Source: Tubulanus polymorphus
Lineage: Eukaryota; Animalia; Nemertea
Length of the DNA stretch: 64,000 bases
Direction: 5' to 3'
NCBI RefSeq assembly: GCF_964204645.1
Contig: NC_134025.1
Location: 22,548,299-22,612,298, forward strand
Shown here piece by piece: positions 13,901 through 26,350 of the stretch. Both the position numbers and the translations under genes were made by a program. Under the pieces are notes generated by a model. It saw only the letters and a program-made list of their open reading frames with translations. It searched no databases and was not told the origin of the DNA. Position 1 is the stretch's first letter; each line of letters opens with the position of its first letter.

Positions 13901-14007
13901 CCTAACTGATCAACCATAGACATATGACATACATTATCCAGAAAAGTGAACTCACCGACATGGACAGCCACTAATCCAACTCCAGTCATTGCAATGTCAC
14001 CATTCAT
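10955..14007 (-). CDS. TASP1: Threonine aspartase 1 (Taspase 1), multi-exon
   Basis: Spliced exons give [53 protein letters not shown], the autocleavage/catalytic [34 protein letters not shown] and [15 protein letters not shown]; stop TGA at 10957-10955. Confidence 0.95.
11963..12107. mobile_element. PIF/Harbinger-type MITE with CAG TSD
   Basis: TIRs gggccagttgca / tgcaactggccc, 3-bp CAG duplication, internal cttaagacca repeats. Confidence 0.65.
12591..12702. mobile_element. Harbinger-like palindromic MITE (related remnant ~6448-6550)
   Basis: gggccagttttatagactggtatta / taataccagtctataaaaccgggccc inverted ends. Confidence 0.6.
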
Positions 14008-14128
14008 CTCTCTATGAAAAATAATCAATCCAAAACCGATTAATGAAAATTTTTTAATTTGACCAAATAGAACATTCTTGATACTTGACATTTGCTTAGT
14101 TCTTCTTCTCTAATTTACTTTAATTGGT

Positions 14129-14472
14129 AGCCAGTCTTTGATGGACTACACCAAGGACGGGTGGGTGCATGCGTGATGTAAATTTTATTTTAGCCCCTGG
14201 GATGTGCTTTCTGAAGGAGTCTTGTTTCAGAGGCGCAGATGGACTGGCTTAGAGTGTTCCAATATGAGAGAGTTCTACATGAGTCACTGAATGCTGACTA
14301 AGGGGACCTAAGATACCCATTAGCATTCCTGTGATGGACTCGAGCTATCCCATTAGCAATTAGCATTGTTAGATTTTGAATGTCGCCACAACGCCAGGGC
14401 TGTGCCCTGGTGGTACTGGAAGTTCAATTGTCTTCCCATAGAGTGTGAAAAGTAGCTGAACACTTTACTTTT
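14129..14472 (+). ncRNA. Putative two-domain structured ncRNA of unknown class (antisense in TASP1 5' intron)
   Basis: Several nested 8-10 bp helices with internal G-T pairs on + strand and a T-run at 3' end; see findings. Confidence 0.35.
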
Positions 14473-14693
14473 TCGTTCACTTTCATAAAAAATTTTTGTC
14501 GAAATGTAGGTGTAGATGGGTAGAAAGAAGCATAGGAATGATGTGGCAATAAAATTAATTTGAATTGAGACCGTGCGGTCTAAAATACTCGAATAATTCT
14601 GTAACTGATCGTTCATCGTCACCGTCATTACTGTTAATTAAAAAGGCAAAATGAAGTTCATCCTGGCACGCACCTTTTAGCAAATATTCTCAC

Positions 14694-14931
14694 TTAAACA
14701 GATGAAATCTGAGAATTTGTAAATTATTTTTTGACGATTTTTGTTGTTTACTTTTTTCCGGCCCTCCACACGACCTTGACGGATTCGCAGGGCTGTTTGT
14801 TTTTTGGGCCACAAATTTTTGCACTAAAATTTGTGTTTATTCGATTATGTGACGAATCCTGCTACCTGTAAACTGGTTGGAAACAAATACGACCGGGGAA
14901 TGCGAGTGATATATCGATGGTGATGCTTGTA
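14694..14931. promoter_or_regulatory. Probable bidirectional promoter / non-coding first exons of TASP1 (-) and the BTB-ZF gene (+)
   Basis: Minus-strand donor (gtgaga) at ~14693 and plus-strand donor (gtaagt) at ~14932 face away from each other across a short CpG-containing segment. Confidence 0.45.
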
Positions 14932-15348
14932 GTAAGTAAATCAGATTTGCCATTCAGCGTTTTGTTGGGTATTCAATTAAATCAAATTAAATTTTGTTCA
15001 CAATGAATAGCTATAACCAATCAGAATGTATTCGAAAGTTCAGATAGAATGCGGGCTTAGAATGTGTACGTTTCGAATATTCAGAATGTGGGTAAGACTA
15101 CAGTTCAGGTCACTCAGAATGTGGGTAAGAGTTTAGGTAGGCCTATACACACCAGTTTAGGTCACCTTTCCGTCATATGGCCAGGGCGCGCTAGCGTTAC
15201 TGGGGGTTATGTTGTTAACACTAACACTGACACCGCACTAACTAAACTAAAACTAAACAAATTGTTTAACTGACGTTAGTGTGGTGCTAAAGTAGAAAAA
15301 AATGTTTTGTTGAAAGGTCATGACCACACATAATATAAGTGTGGACTC

Positions 15349-15596
15349 CGGGGGCGGATCCAGCCGCTAAATTTGTCTATATTCCTAAGAATTATTGCCC
15401 AATGATCTGCGAGCGGCAAAGCTCATTAAAGGGGGAATGGGGTTCCTTCCCACGAAAAGTTTGAAAATAACTCTTTTTCTTGTATTTAAAGGCATTCCTG
15501 TTAGATTAGGTACTTCTGGAAAATAGGCCTGATGTTATTCACATTTTTCTGACTTTATTCTGGAATACAGTGGAATATAACTTGGATCTGCCCCTG
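15349..15596. mobile_element. MITE, same TIR family, 5-bp TSD (gactc); third copy ~53580-53857
   Basis: cgggggcggatccag / ttggatctgcccctg with gactc on both sides. Confidence 0.6.
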
Positions 15597-17154
15597 GACT
15601 CCTAAACTGCTGTTACTTTGACATATCACATAGCTATCGCTACTGTGGCTGCTTCTATGGCGGGGAGAGGAATTACGGCCTTGATATTTTTTTTCCACCA
15701 TTATCAAGTAATATAGCAGCTGGACATTTGAAACTTAATGCGCCCTTGATGTACGTGAACAGAACAGTTATTACTATGATCTTGTCTGGTGTCATGAACG
15801 TTGAGAACTTGTGCTCAATGACGCTTAGAGCTACTTTACGACACAGTGCTTCAATGAACGTGTGCGTGGCAGTGCACCGGGATATGTCTCGCATATGATA
15901 TACCTATCTCTGGGATATGTCTATCTCTAGGCTTCTTTTCTTGGTCCCGAAATAAAAAAAAAACAGTTAAAATCTGGCTTGAAATCGAGTAGGCCTGTAT
16001 GTCAACTGTCATTGTTATATTTGTGGTTAGCGTATTAGAATAGGAAAATAAACCCAAAATATTTCAGTGTAATCCATTTCTTGTAGATGTTGATTTAATT
16101 TTTCAGTTTTTAAAGAAATTGATTCTTTAAAGTTATAGTTTTTGGAAAGATGCTGGAAATTTGTCTTAATCAAAGGTCTTGAAGTTTTTAGGCCTAAAAT
16201 TTAGCATTCACACTAGAAAAAAAGTCCATCCAATTGGTCCGTTCCATTTTAGAGCGTTCCATTTTGAATCGACCTAAAAGACCAATCCCAATCCGTTTCA
16301 AATTTTGAAAAAGACTAAATCTCTGTATGCGTGGATAGAAGCTGGTACCAGAAGGTCGGTTCTAAATTGAATTCTGAATGTAAGCCCTCAAATTCTGAAA
16401 AATGTGCCTCAGAAATTTCTTTATCAGATATTTCTAAAGGGCCATTCCTATATGGTTCTATCTACATCATGGAGTGCTAGTGAGTGAATACATTGTATAT
16501 TGAATACATTGTGTTGTTTATTTGCTTTGAAAACTGTCTACACATTGGATTGGCTTTTTTTTACAACATTGTCTAGGCTGCCTGTTTAGAATATCATCCC
16601 CAAAATTTCCAGACCCCTAAATGTTCGGAATTTTCTTGATTATTGCGAAGAGCTTATTTAGTTGCAGTGAATCAGTTATTTTAAGGATGGATTCAGGAAT
16701 TCAAATGTATCTTTTCCATAAGTCAGCAATAATTTGTCAGCTTAGAGAATCTTATGTAGAAAAAATAGAAAATATATCTTAATAGTTCCTGATACCCTAG
16801 ATTTCCAAAGGTTTTCTGGGGGAGGGCCTGAAAAGTCACACCTGCAGCGATTGTGTGACCAAATTTACCTAAATCAATCAAATAAAGTGACCATTCCAAT
16901 TTCCATGTCCTATCATGGACTCTAAATACAAATTTAGAGTTCATGACCCTATCAATAAAAGAATCCTAGATTAGCCATTTTTTTATCAAGCACTGAAACA
17001 GTTACTTGAAGTTTATAGTTAATCTTAAACACCCACAAATTTCAGTGATCACACCCAAAGCCCCTCAAATTTAAAATTGGTGGCCTCATAGAAATAGGAT
17101 ACCTAATGAGTTTAGTCAAAGCTGTATTTACACTACATTATTCAAAGCGTTCTA

Positions 17155-17412
17155 AGCCGCGATCACAAGAACATTTTTGGCCCGGGAAAAATTTGGCCAA
17201 AAACGTCAGACCAGGTCCGAGCCAAATTTTAGCACCAGACAAATAATTGCGCTTGAATTGCAACTGGCACCGGAAATGATCCACTTCGCTTTGTTTGAGC
17301 ATTGTTTAGTATTGAGTGAATGGTTTACGTGTGAACGCGCGCTCTAATTAGGCACGGGTCAAATTTGGCCCAAGCCTGATCCGGGCCAAATCGTCTCCGT
17401 GTGATCGCAGCT
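17155..17412. mobile_element. MITE family A (AGCCGCGATCACAC TIR), copy 1
   Basis: TIR pair and internal ggcccaaattt / cactcactc motifs shared with copies at 26029, 38785, 47386 and 61760. A related family lies at ~16202-16380 and ~17452-17737. Confidence 0.7.
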
Positions 17413-19032
17413 ATAGATTTAGTCAGTTCTAAGTTAGAACTTGGACCAAGGATTCACACTAGCGAAAAGTCCATTCTAAATTGGTCCGATTAAGACCACC
17501 AAAAAGACGGTTTTAGGTCTGTTCTAGATTTTAAAACAGTGTGTGAATAGATAGATCGCTTTAATTAAACACCTGTCAATCATTCACAAAGTTATATCTA
17601 GCTGGACCAGAAATAGCAGCGGATTTAGAAAACGTGTTCGTGAATGTTCGGTATCGATTTGGTCCGTTCCTGATCGGTACATTCCAGGTACAGGCCAAAT
17701 TAAAGCGGACTAACTAGCGATAGTGCGATTGCGGCTAAATTCTAGTTCATAGATTTTGTCATGTGTGGTTGGTTTTGTTGCAGAGATGTTTCCATGTATG
17801 CATTATGATAATCGTTATTATTGGTTTCTGAAAGACATCCTGTAATTTAGATCACTTATTGATCCTCTAATTCGAATGTCAGAACCTGGTTGCAACTCCT
17901 CCAAATAAATACTCACTGGAGCGAATGAAGCCCGGCAAAACAGAAGACTCGTCTTACTTGAATCCTTCAGTGCAGGTCTAATTTTGCTCTAGACTACGTA
18001 ATTTTGCGATATGAAATGTATTTCCATTTTCATGACTCGAGTTTTGGCCTTGTACGAAAAACACTCATCCCTAGTTGATATGATTTTGGATTAGTTTGTG
18101 CGTTGAAACGTTTGGAAAATTTGAAAAATTATTTCGATGGTTTTCCAGTAGTAGTTAGTAACCTAAATGAAAAATAATGCCACAAATAACACATACTGAT
18201 GTCGACGAATAAAACCCCACAGTAGATTTGTAGAAACAGAATTACTGTAATTCATTATTGTATTTTTTGTTTCTCTGAAGATGAGGTTTAGTTTTAACCC
18301 CTAAACTGTTAGGAGATAAAATGTTTCTACAAAGCTACTGTGGGTTTTTATTCGTTAACTATACTGAGATTTATATCGGTTCACTACAGTCAGATACTGA
18401 TGTGTCAAAATTCTGCGAGGGAAATAAGCTAAACTGTTAATTGGTAAAACTGGTTGTGATATTGAACAAGTTACTGAGAAGTTTGATTAGTGAAGCATCA
18501 ACAACTTTTTATTAAGGAAAAATCTGTCTCAGTTGATTTAATTATTATATCTCAGATGGCAGCTGGTCATTTATCAATAAACGTACACAATGGAACAATC
18601 CTTATTACCGTACTTGCTTCTGGTTCGACTCCATTTTCATGGCCATTCAGTAAAAAACATGACAAAAATCTACCAACCCTTCCCCCCAACACCCCCTCCC
18701 TCCCCGCCCCAAAGAAAAAAAATTGATACAGTATTTTTATAGATCATGAATAATTTATCTTCAACCTTGGATAATATATTTTCTGAGACACCCTGATGTA
18801 CCCTGTGTATGGTATCTCTTCCTATCGCGAGTCAAATAGTACTGGTTCGTGGGCCCCGAGTTCGAGACAATTCACGTGTCGCCAAACCCAGCTGCTGTTA
18901 CAAGAAGCATCTATCTAAAAAATTTAATGGATTGCGCCTGAAGCGCATGTAAAGCAATTCCCGGTTGTATTTTCAAACCCGTCATTCCGCGTTGATCCAT
19001 TCATCGCACGATAATGATGAATACCGACCGTC

Positions 19033-19045
19033 GTTGCCTGGCAAC
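19033..19045. promoter_or_regulatory. RFX X-box-like palindrome GTTGCCTGGCAAC within a CpG-rich region (~18830-20450) upstream of the BTB-ZF CDS
   Basis: Near-consensus X-box in a CpG-rich, promoter/enhancer-like segment. Confidence 0.35.
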
Positions 19046-19220
19046 GTATACGTATATCTCGCGATTTTTGCTCGACTGCATGAAAAATCGCGTTAAATAA
19101 TCGTAGCCGCGTTCGGCGAATATGGATATCTTATCCATTCATTACGGGGTTTACTCGCGTGCGTAGGCTGTAGGCCTGCGTACTGTACAGATCAGACGTC
19201 GTACGATTCTATACCAGTAG

Positions 19221-19504
19221 CAGGGTGGCCACTGACCCGGAAAACCTGGGGGAATCGGATAAATCTAGAAAATAAATCAGGGAAAACTAAGGGAATTTGA
19301 CAAAATTCACCAAAAATCTCAGGAAATTTGGATATGCTATTATTGATCACGTGTATTTCTTTGTCAATACACATGATTTAATGAAAAATGAATGAATTGT
19401 AACATTTTAAACCTAGGAATTTCTCTTGATTCACTTGGGGAATTTCCGCGTAATCACATGGAAAACTCTGTAGATTTGTGAACGGATGGAAAGCGTCCAC
19501 CGTG
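19221..19504. mobile_element. CAGGGTGGCCAC-type (hAT-like) MITE; relatives at ~13389-13431 and 52394-52646
   Basis: Shared TIR cagggtggccact and internal tcagggaaaa repeats. Confidence 0.55.
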
Positions 19505-21556
19505 AATATGAATTTCATCGGTTTCAAAAAGTATTTCAAATAATTTCGGAATTAATAAAATTAATCAGTTCTAATTAATTAATTCATTAAATTTCTTTGC
19601 GTGATGGGGTTAATTACATCGACAATGAGTGATATTTAAATCGATAAATCAATAGTGATATTTCATAAAACAGGTTTTTGCTACGAGTCGTTGAACAATT
19701 AGGATTTCGTAGATTGCCGCGAGACTTTCTTCTTCTATCGTCGCATTATTCATGTACGACCGATGGACATAATGATCTGCCGCGCTGAATGATGATGAAC
19801 GCTTTATTTTTCCGCGGCGATGTCTAACGTCGTCTTTTCAAACGCGCCATACCAACCCGCGAGTACGATGATGATTGTAATTCAAAAACCTCATTCGCGT
19901 ACACAAGAGCCCGAGCCCTGATCCTCGTTGACCCAGCTTTCATTCTTTTCCGGGTCGCATTAATAATTCATCAGCCAGTTGTCGATTTTATTAACTTTCC
20001 AATAATGATTATGCTAATGAGGTTGTTGGTGACTCAGTGAAAAGACCGTTCGCTCTCTCTCTCTAGGCTCTCCGCGTTATCATCGTGCAGCTATTTTGTA
20101 TTACCACCGTGCACGTTGACTAGTTAGATATAACGCGAACATTTTTTCGAGAAATGCGTTCCGAGAAATCGACGACGGAAAAAATGCTCGGATATTTCGA
20201 CTAGGAAATTTAGTATGTTTTCGTCGTATTCGGTAAGACGGATCCGAAGGGGTCGTTATGAAGCATTCGATCTAAAATAGGCTCACGCTTTTTTGTGTAC
20301 ATTCATAAAGTTCATTAGGATATGCTGATCTGAGAGCGGTGACCTTGGATGAAAACATCTAGGTGAACTAGTGAACCGCAGTAATTAACTTCGGTATTCA
20401 AAATACAATTTTGAATTTGGTGATTGACCAGCGTATATTATGGTAGAGTATATTATTACTAGTGTATATTATGTAATGTAATGAATTGTGTCATACGATC
20501 AGAATATTTTTACATTTTTTGTCAATGTAGTTTGATTATCATATTCAGTATAACATTAATATTATCAAGTTTCCTTATTTTTGTGTCTTTCCTCATTTTC
20601 ATATAGATATTTATCATAATAGCCTATTTGAGTTAGTTTAAATCATTTTTTTGAAATTCATTATTTTGTACGTTTGTTCTATCAAATATTCACAATTACA
20701 ACACAATGCTCTGAATCATGCTCAGGTCTAGGCCCACCTGGTATCGATAATATCTTTTCTTTAGATCATTCCGTTGCGTTTCCAAATGTGTAGTATGTTC
20801 CATAACGATATCGATGCGATTACTAAAAGATTGCGCAACTGCAATCAAATGGCTGATGCATCGTTCCCAGGGAAACATTATTTGCAGTTTTACAATATGG
20901 CAGATTACTGGTATATTCGTAACATGATGAGGGCATTTTCGTATTTTGATTGCTTTTGGGATGGTTCTGAAGCACTCTGGATGTGAGGGCAGGCACCTGA
21001 AAATTGTTCATAAATTCTCCATGATATACTTTTGTGATGCCGTAAAAACCGTTACAATAATGTTTATATACATTGATACCTAGTATGTGTTATTTAAGGG
21101 GTTCCCTATGAGTTGATGAACAGTATATCATATATACATATACTACAGTATATGCGTTTCAAAATGACTATGACAATTGAGAATTTCGGTGTTCATTTTG
21201 TAATGAAATATATTTCATAACTCTTATTTTCTTTTCAATGTCTTTTTGATAATGAATTATGAGTGGATGTGCCCTACACAATCACTATTAGGGCTAGACT
21301 GGTTACCAGTCAATTCAATTCAACTGTGGATATATTCAAATTGAAAATAACTTTATTGATCGTCATTAGTATATTATATTATTCATTGTCGATAATGTCA
21401 GGCAACTTATATGAGTTAGGCGATATATATGCGTTATTCTTCAACAAGGCGTCAATGAACTTTCAAGTTAGTTTTTCGTCATCGATATATATCCTTTTCA
21501 CGTTATCGTTTCAACTTTTCTAGGTGAAGAAAATGTAGCCGGCGCAATATGCCAAC

Positions 21557-24500
21557 ATGGTTGAGGAGAAGGAATACATGCCACTATGGTGGGCCGGCGT
21601 GCCCGCCGAACTGTACAAACTACGAGTCGAAGGACGTCTATGCGACATCACGATTGTCGTCGGCAACAGCTTGCGTTACAGCGTACACTCGCTCGTTCTA
21701 GTCAGCGCGAGCAGTCATTTCAAAGCGTCGCTCGACACCGGTTCGTTGTTGCAGGAATACTACCTGCAGGATGCTGACGAGGACTGCTTCAAACACCTGA
21801 TGGAATATGTCTACGGACAGAACCTCGTTCTGAATAAAGACAACGTGCACGCGATGCTCAGCACGGCGCGCGCGTTGTTCATCGATTCGGCGATCTCACA
21901 CTGCGAGGAGTTCTGCAAACTGTTGCCGCGACACGAGAAGATCGATGCGACTGACGGTCAACAGTCGGCGGCGTCATCGTCGTCGTCGTGCAAGCTGACC
22001 GATAAATCAGCGTTGAACCCGCCGTCGCCACCCGAGTTCAACAACTCGCTACAACTCGACGCCAGTACGAGTTTCAGCTCGGATTATCTATCCGGTTACG
22101 ACGTCGTCGAGGATCAGAAGGTTCTCGAACGCGGCATCAAACAGGAACCGCCGGAGAATTTTTACCCGGGCGAAAATATCGGTAACGGCAGCAGCTGCGG
22201 CGTCGCGAGCAAAGGATCTGACGTTCACGTGACGTACGAACCGATCACAGTCGGCGGTAAGACGGTCGCGATGCGATCGGTTATTCACGAAAATTTGAAT
22301 TCGCGATCGTCGTCACAGTTGCATCATCACGGTCTGAACAAGTACAGCTGCAGTCCGCCGGATCCGGATAAACCGAAGAATAAAACGCTCGAGTTCATCT
22401 GCGCGCAGCTTTCGAATAAAAAGAATACGACATCGTGCGGCGTCGGCGGCGTGGGTCAGGCTGACTCGGAAACGTCGACGAATGACGACGAGAATCACAT
22501 GTACTCGCCGAATCCGTTTTCGCCGATGAAGAACCACATGGAGCTGTCGTGGCAGCCGCAGGGTTTCGGTAATTCGATGCGGTTGTGTTCGTCGTCGCAG
22601 ATACGTTCGACGCCGACGACGAGTCGGTTCGCGGCGACGGCGGCCGCGGACGTTCCCGTTTCGGCGATCCGTCGCGAAAAAGACAAAAGCAAGTATATCA
22701 GCACGATTTTGAACCTGCGCTCGCAGAACTCGTCGCCGGAGAGCATGTCACCGCCGATACCGAGTTCGTCGTCGCATTCGATGGACACGAATCCCGTCTG
22801 GTCGACGGAGATCACGCCCAGTATATCGGAGGCGGCGTCTTCGTTTTCGACGGTCACGAACGGGTCGCATTACGCGCCGGCCGGCTGCGCGAATAACGAG
22901 TCTTCTGCGGCGGCGTCTACTTCCGGTTTGGCTAACGGCAGCGCGGGTCACGCGAGCTCGACTGCGACAGGGTCGAACGTCGCTTCGATGAACGCGGCGA
23001 CGAATGCCCTCCTCAGCTCCGTCGCGAACCAACAAGCCGCGTTGCAGAGTCTGATGATGAGTATGGCGGGCGGCACGCTGCCCGGACTCTCCGGTCTGAT
23101 GCCCGGTAACTTCAACGGACAATTCGGAGCTAATGTTCCGAACACGTCTCAGACGATGGGTACGGGTGCGAACTCCGGTCTCGGTTTACCGCCTTTGCTT
23201 TCCGGTCAGCTTCCGTCGCAGGCGTTGCAATGTTTATCGGCGTTGACGGCGAACGCGCAAGCGCTCGGACAGTTATTGCCGCCGATGCCCGGGTTACTAC
23301 CGTCGCAAGTGTTGCCTCAACCGTCGTCGGCTAACGGCGGCGATTCGCCAGCGAACGCGCCCGCCGCCGTCAAATATCAATCGCAAACTTTAAGCTCGAC
23401 GGCTCCGGAATCAACGTACGCTAACGTGCCGGACTCTAGTACGGAATCGTGCGCCGCTGCTGTGAATACAACGAATCCGACGCCGGTCGATAATTCGGTC
23501 GCGCACAACACGAACGCCGCGAACCCCGAAACGGCAGCTGTTCAAAACCAAGGAACTTTGTCCGGGTTACTGGGTTTTAATCCGCCCGATACGTTGGCTG
23601 CGAATCAAAATCAACAGTTTAACCAAGCGTTACAGCAGCAAGGTTTGCCGCCGATTATGCTGCCGGCTGCCGGACAGAATCTCATCAACGTTAATATGGC
23701 CGGCGTCAACCCGATGTTGCCGATGGCGCTTTTCATGTTACCGAACGGAAACGCGTCGAACAGCATGATGCCGGGAATCGCGCCGCAATCGTTTTTGCCC
23801 GGCGTTGGACCGAAGATTGAAAATGATAGCAAAATGGAGGACGAAGAAACAGAAGTGGAAAACATGCCGAGTATTCCAGGTATTCAAATCTAAAGAAAAC
23901 CATAATTTTTGCGAACCTTGTTTCACAGACTGTGAGTTTGATTTTGCTCTGGACCCAGTTCTGCAATCGTGAATTAACTAGACCCCTCTTTCACTTTGAC
24001 ATTGATCCTTTTTCTGCATTTGTGAGTTTAATCTGACTCCGGATGGTTGCGAGTCAAATTTAGATAGAGTCCAAGTACTTGGAATTTTGACTTCTGTTTA
24101 AAGTCTCAGGTCTATGGAACTGGGTTCCATTCTCAAAGAAATATATAAATGATGCATCCATTCAAATATACTTTCTATGCGATGTATTGTGTGGTTGAAA
24201 TTTTCAGAATCAGCTGCAGCGACACTGTTCGATTGTCCGATATGTCACAAACCATTTCCAAATACCAAACAGCGGGCTGTTCACATGCGCATACACTCAA
24301 AATACGAACACAAACCGTTTGTATGCGACATCTGCGGATTCAGGACAAAGGTGAGCACGATTGACATTTGAAATTCTTTGGATATAGGATGTACTAAGTA
24401 TACATGTATGTTGCATTTCAAATAAGTAATTCCTTTCGCCATATTTCGTATTCTCTTCTATCATATATCATACCCCCGCAAAGAAAAGTAAAGGGGATGT

Positions 24501-25044
24501 ACTGGAGTCAGCTTGTCCTTCCATGCGTCTATATAGTAAATCCTGCACAAGCTACTCCATAGTCTTCCGTAGTGTCTTGATGAAACTTGATACAACTACA
24601 GTAGAACTCACTTAATTCGGATTTTTCAATCCAAATTTTCACTTACAGTAATTCGGATGAAATATTTGGTCCATTTAACCTGGAACCATGTAGTAAACTG
24701 CTATTCATAATTTTGGCATGTTCTGATGTAGCAATCTTACGTGAACAACTTGTCAGCATTTGCGGGGGTATTCTAGTTGAAATGTATATGAACTACATGT
24801 ATAGTTTAGGGTCAATTCATCCTGTACATCTTAGGATCTCTATCTCTAACATGATCTTTCATGTTTTCAGTACGCTGACCGACTGAGGATACATAAACGA
24901 CTGCAGCACACTCATAAAGGAATCAAACCATTCAAGTGTCCGTATTGTCCTTACGCGACGTCGTTGAAAGGAAACTGTCGCAAACACGTAATGAATAAAC
25001 ATCCGAACTGCGCCGTGATCGTTGAACAGATTATGCCAATATGA
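21557..25044 (+). CDS. BTB/POZ domain and C2H2 zinc-finger protein (ZBTB-like)
   Basis: Exon 21557-23879 encodes a BTB domain (LCDITIVVG...VHSLVLVSASSHF...FKHLMEYVY) and a long S/A/P/Q/N-rich linker. It splices in phase to 24208-24350 and 24871-25044, which encode three C2H2 fingers (CPICHKPF..HMRIH; CDICGFRT..HKRLQH; CPYCPYAT..HVMNKH). Confidence 0.92.
24470..24778 (+). mobile_element. HINE-like element in BTB-ZF intron
   Basis: subTIRs tacccccgcaaa (24471-24482) / tttgcgggggta (24759-24770), ttgatgaaacttg core, ends ttctagtt. Confidence 0.5.
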
Positions 25045-25161
25045 GGGCGGAGTAACACCCGCTGACAACAACCCCTGTGAGAGATAGCATCTTGAGACTC
25101 CCTAGGTATGAAATTACCAGGTGCATGAATAGCTGGGCACTAAGGGTTTGCTAAGGCAGTT

Positions 25162-25849
25162 AAGTTCATACCGTGGTAGTCTCGATTCTGTTGCGTTCGA
25201 ACCCAAGCATGTTCCTACGTTGAAGTTAATAGTTTGATGAAGTCAAAAAATTCAACTACTGTGAGAGTAGTTTACTTATTACTCATTGGTTTTAGATTCT
25301 AATGTTCGATGCATTTAACCAGTCATTGCTTTCTTAAAAAATGTTTATCCAATCTACAAAAAAAAAACACTTGAAGCAAGTTTGAAGTTTGCATTTACTT
25401 CAGCTTAAAATGCGTTGTTTTATTTCATTTTGTCTGTTGACTTGACATTTTCAAAACATATCACACTCGGCATTCGCATTCGTGTACATAGCTGGATACA
25501 TAACAAGTTCATACCGTGGTAGTCTCGATTCTGTTGCGTTCGAACCCAAGCATGTTCCTACGTTGAAGTTAATAGTTTGATGAAGTCAAAAAATTCAACT
25601 ACTGTGAGAGTAGTTTACTTATTACTCATTGGTTTTAGATTCTAATGTTCGATGCATTTAACCAGTCATTGCTTTCTTAAAAAATGTTTATCCAATCTAC
25701 AAAAAAAAAACACTTGAAGCAAGTTTGAAGTTTGCATTTACTTCAGCTTAAAATGCGTTGTTTTATTTCATTTTGTCTGTTGACTTGACATTTTCAAAAC
25801 ATATCACACTCGGCATTCGCATTCGTGTACATAGCTGGATACATAACAA
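25162..25849. repeat. Exact 343-bp tandem duplication in BTB-ZF 3' UTR
   Basis: 25162-25504 repeated at 25505-25847 with no difference seen. Confidence 0.9.
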
Positions 25850-26028
25850 AGCGTATGTTGATAATTTATTTTTTTACGAATGATACAAGAATGTAATAAT
25901 AATCATGGCGTATGTCCAAGGTCTTGTCAAGCTGTGTATTAACCAGCAGTATAAATGATAGTGAATGTAAACCATGCTTAAGTTGGATTATTTTGGTACT
26001 GGTTGAACTGGAGAAATAATGAAACTTC

Positions 26029-26350
26029 AGGCGTAATCACACGGAGATGATTTGGCCGTGCCAAATTGGCACGGATCAGGCCCATGTCAAATTTAGCCTA
26101 TGCCTAATTAGAGTGTGGTCACACATAAACCACTCACTCGATGCTAAACAAAGCGAAGTGAGTCACTTCAGGAACAGTAAAGATTCACGCGCAATGATTT
26201 GACCTGTGCTAAAATTTGTCTCTGGCCTGGTCCGACATTTATGGTCGGGCCAAACAGGCACGGGCCCATTTTGCACATGTGAACAGTCAGTGGTTCTGTC
26301 TTCCAAGCCAAAATTTGGCATGGGCCGAAAACGCTTGTGTGATTGCGGCT
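26029..26350. mobile_element. MITE family A copy 2 (inverted relative to copy 1)
   Basis: Ends gtgtgattgcggct; internal cctaattagag...ccactcactc shared. Confidence 0.7.

Noticed and set aside
20979-20990. GGATGTGAGGGC identical to the 5' end of vertebrate 7SK
   Set aside because: Downstream sequence lacks the GATC motifs and structure; a 12-mer match is plausible by chance.
21489-21497. ATATCCTTT U12-type 5' splice-site consensus
   Set aside because: Lies in the polypyrimidine region of a normal acceptor; no matching U12 branch site or AC end.
21586-23966. Several antisense/alternate-frame ORFs over the BTB exon
   Set aside because: Shadow ORFs expected from GC/CpG-rich coding sequence.
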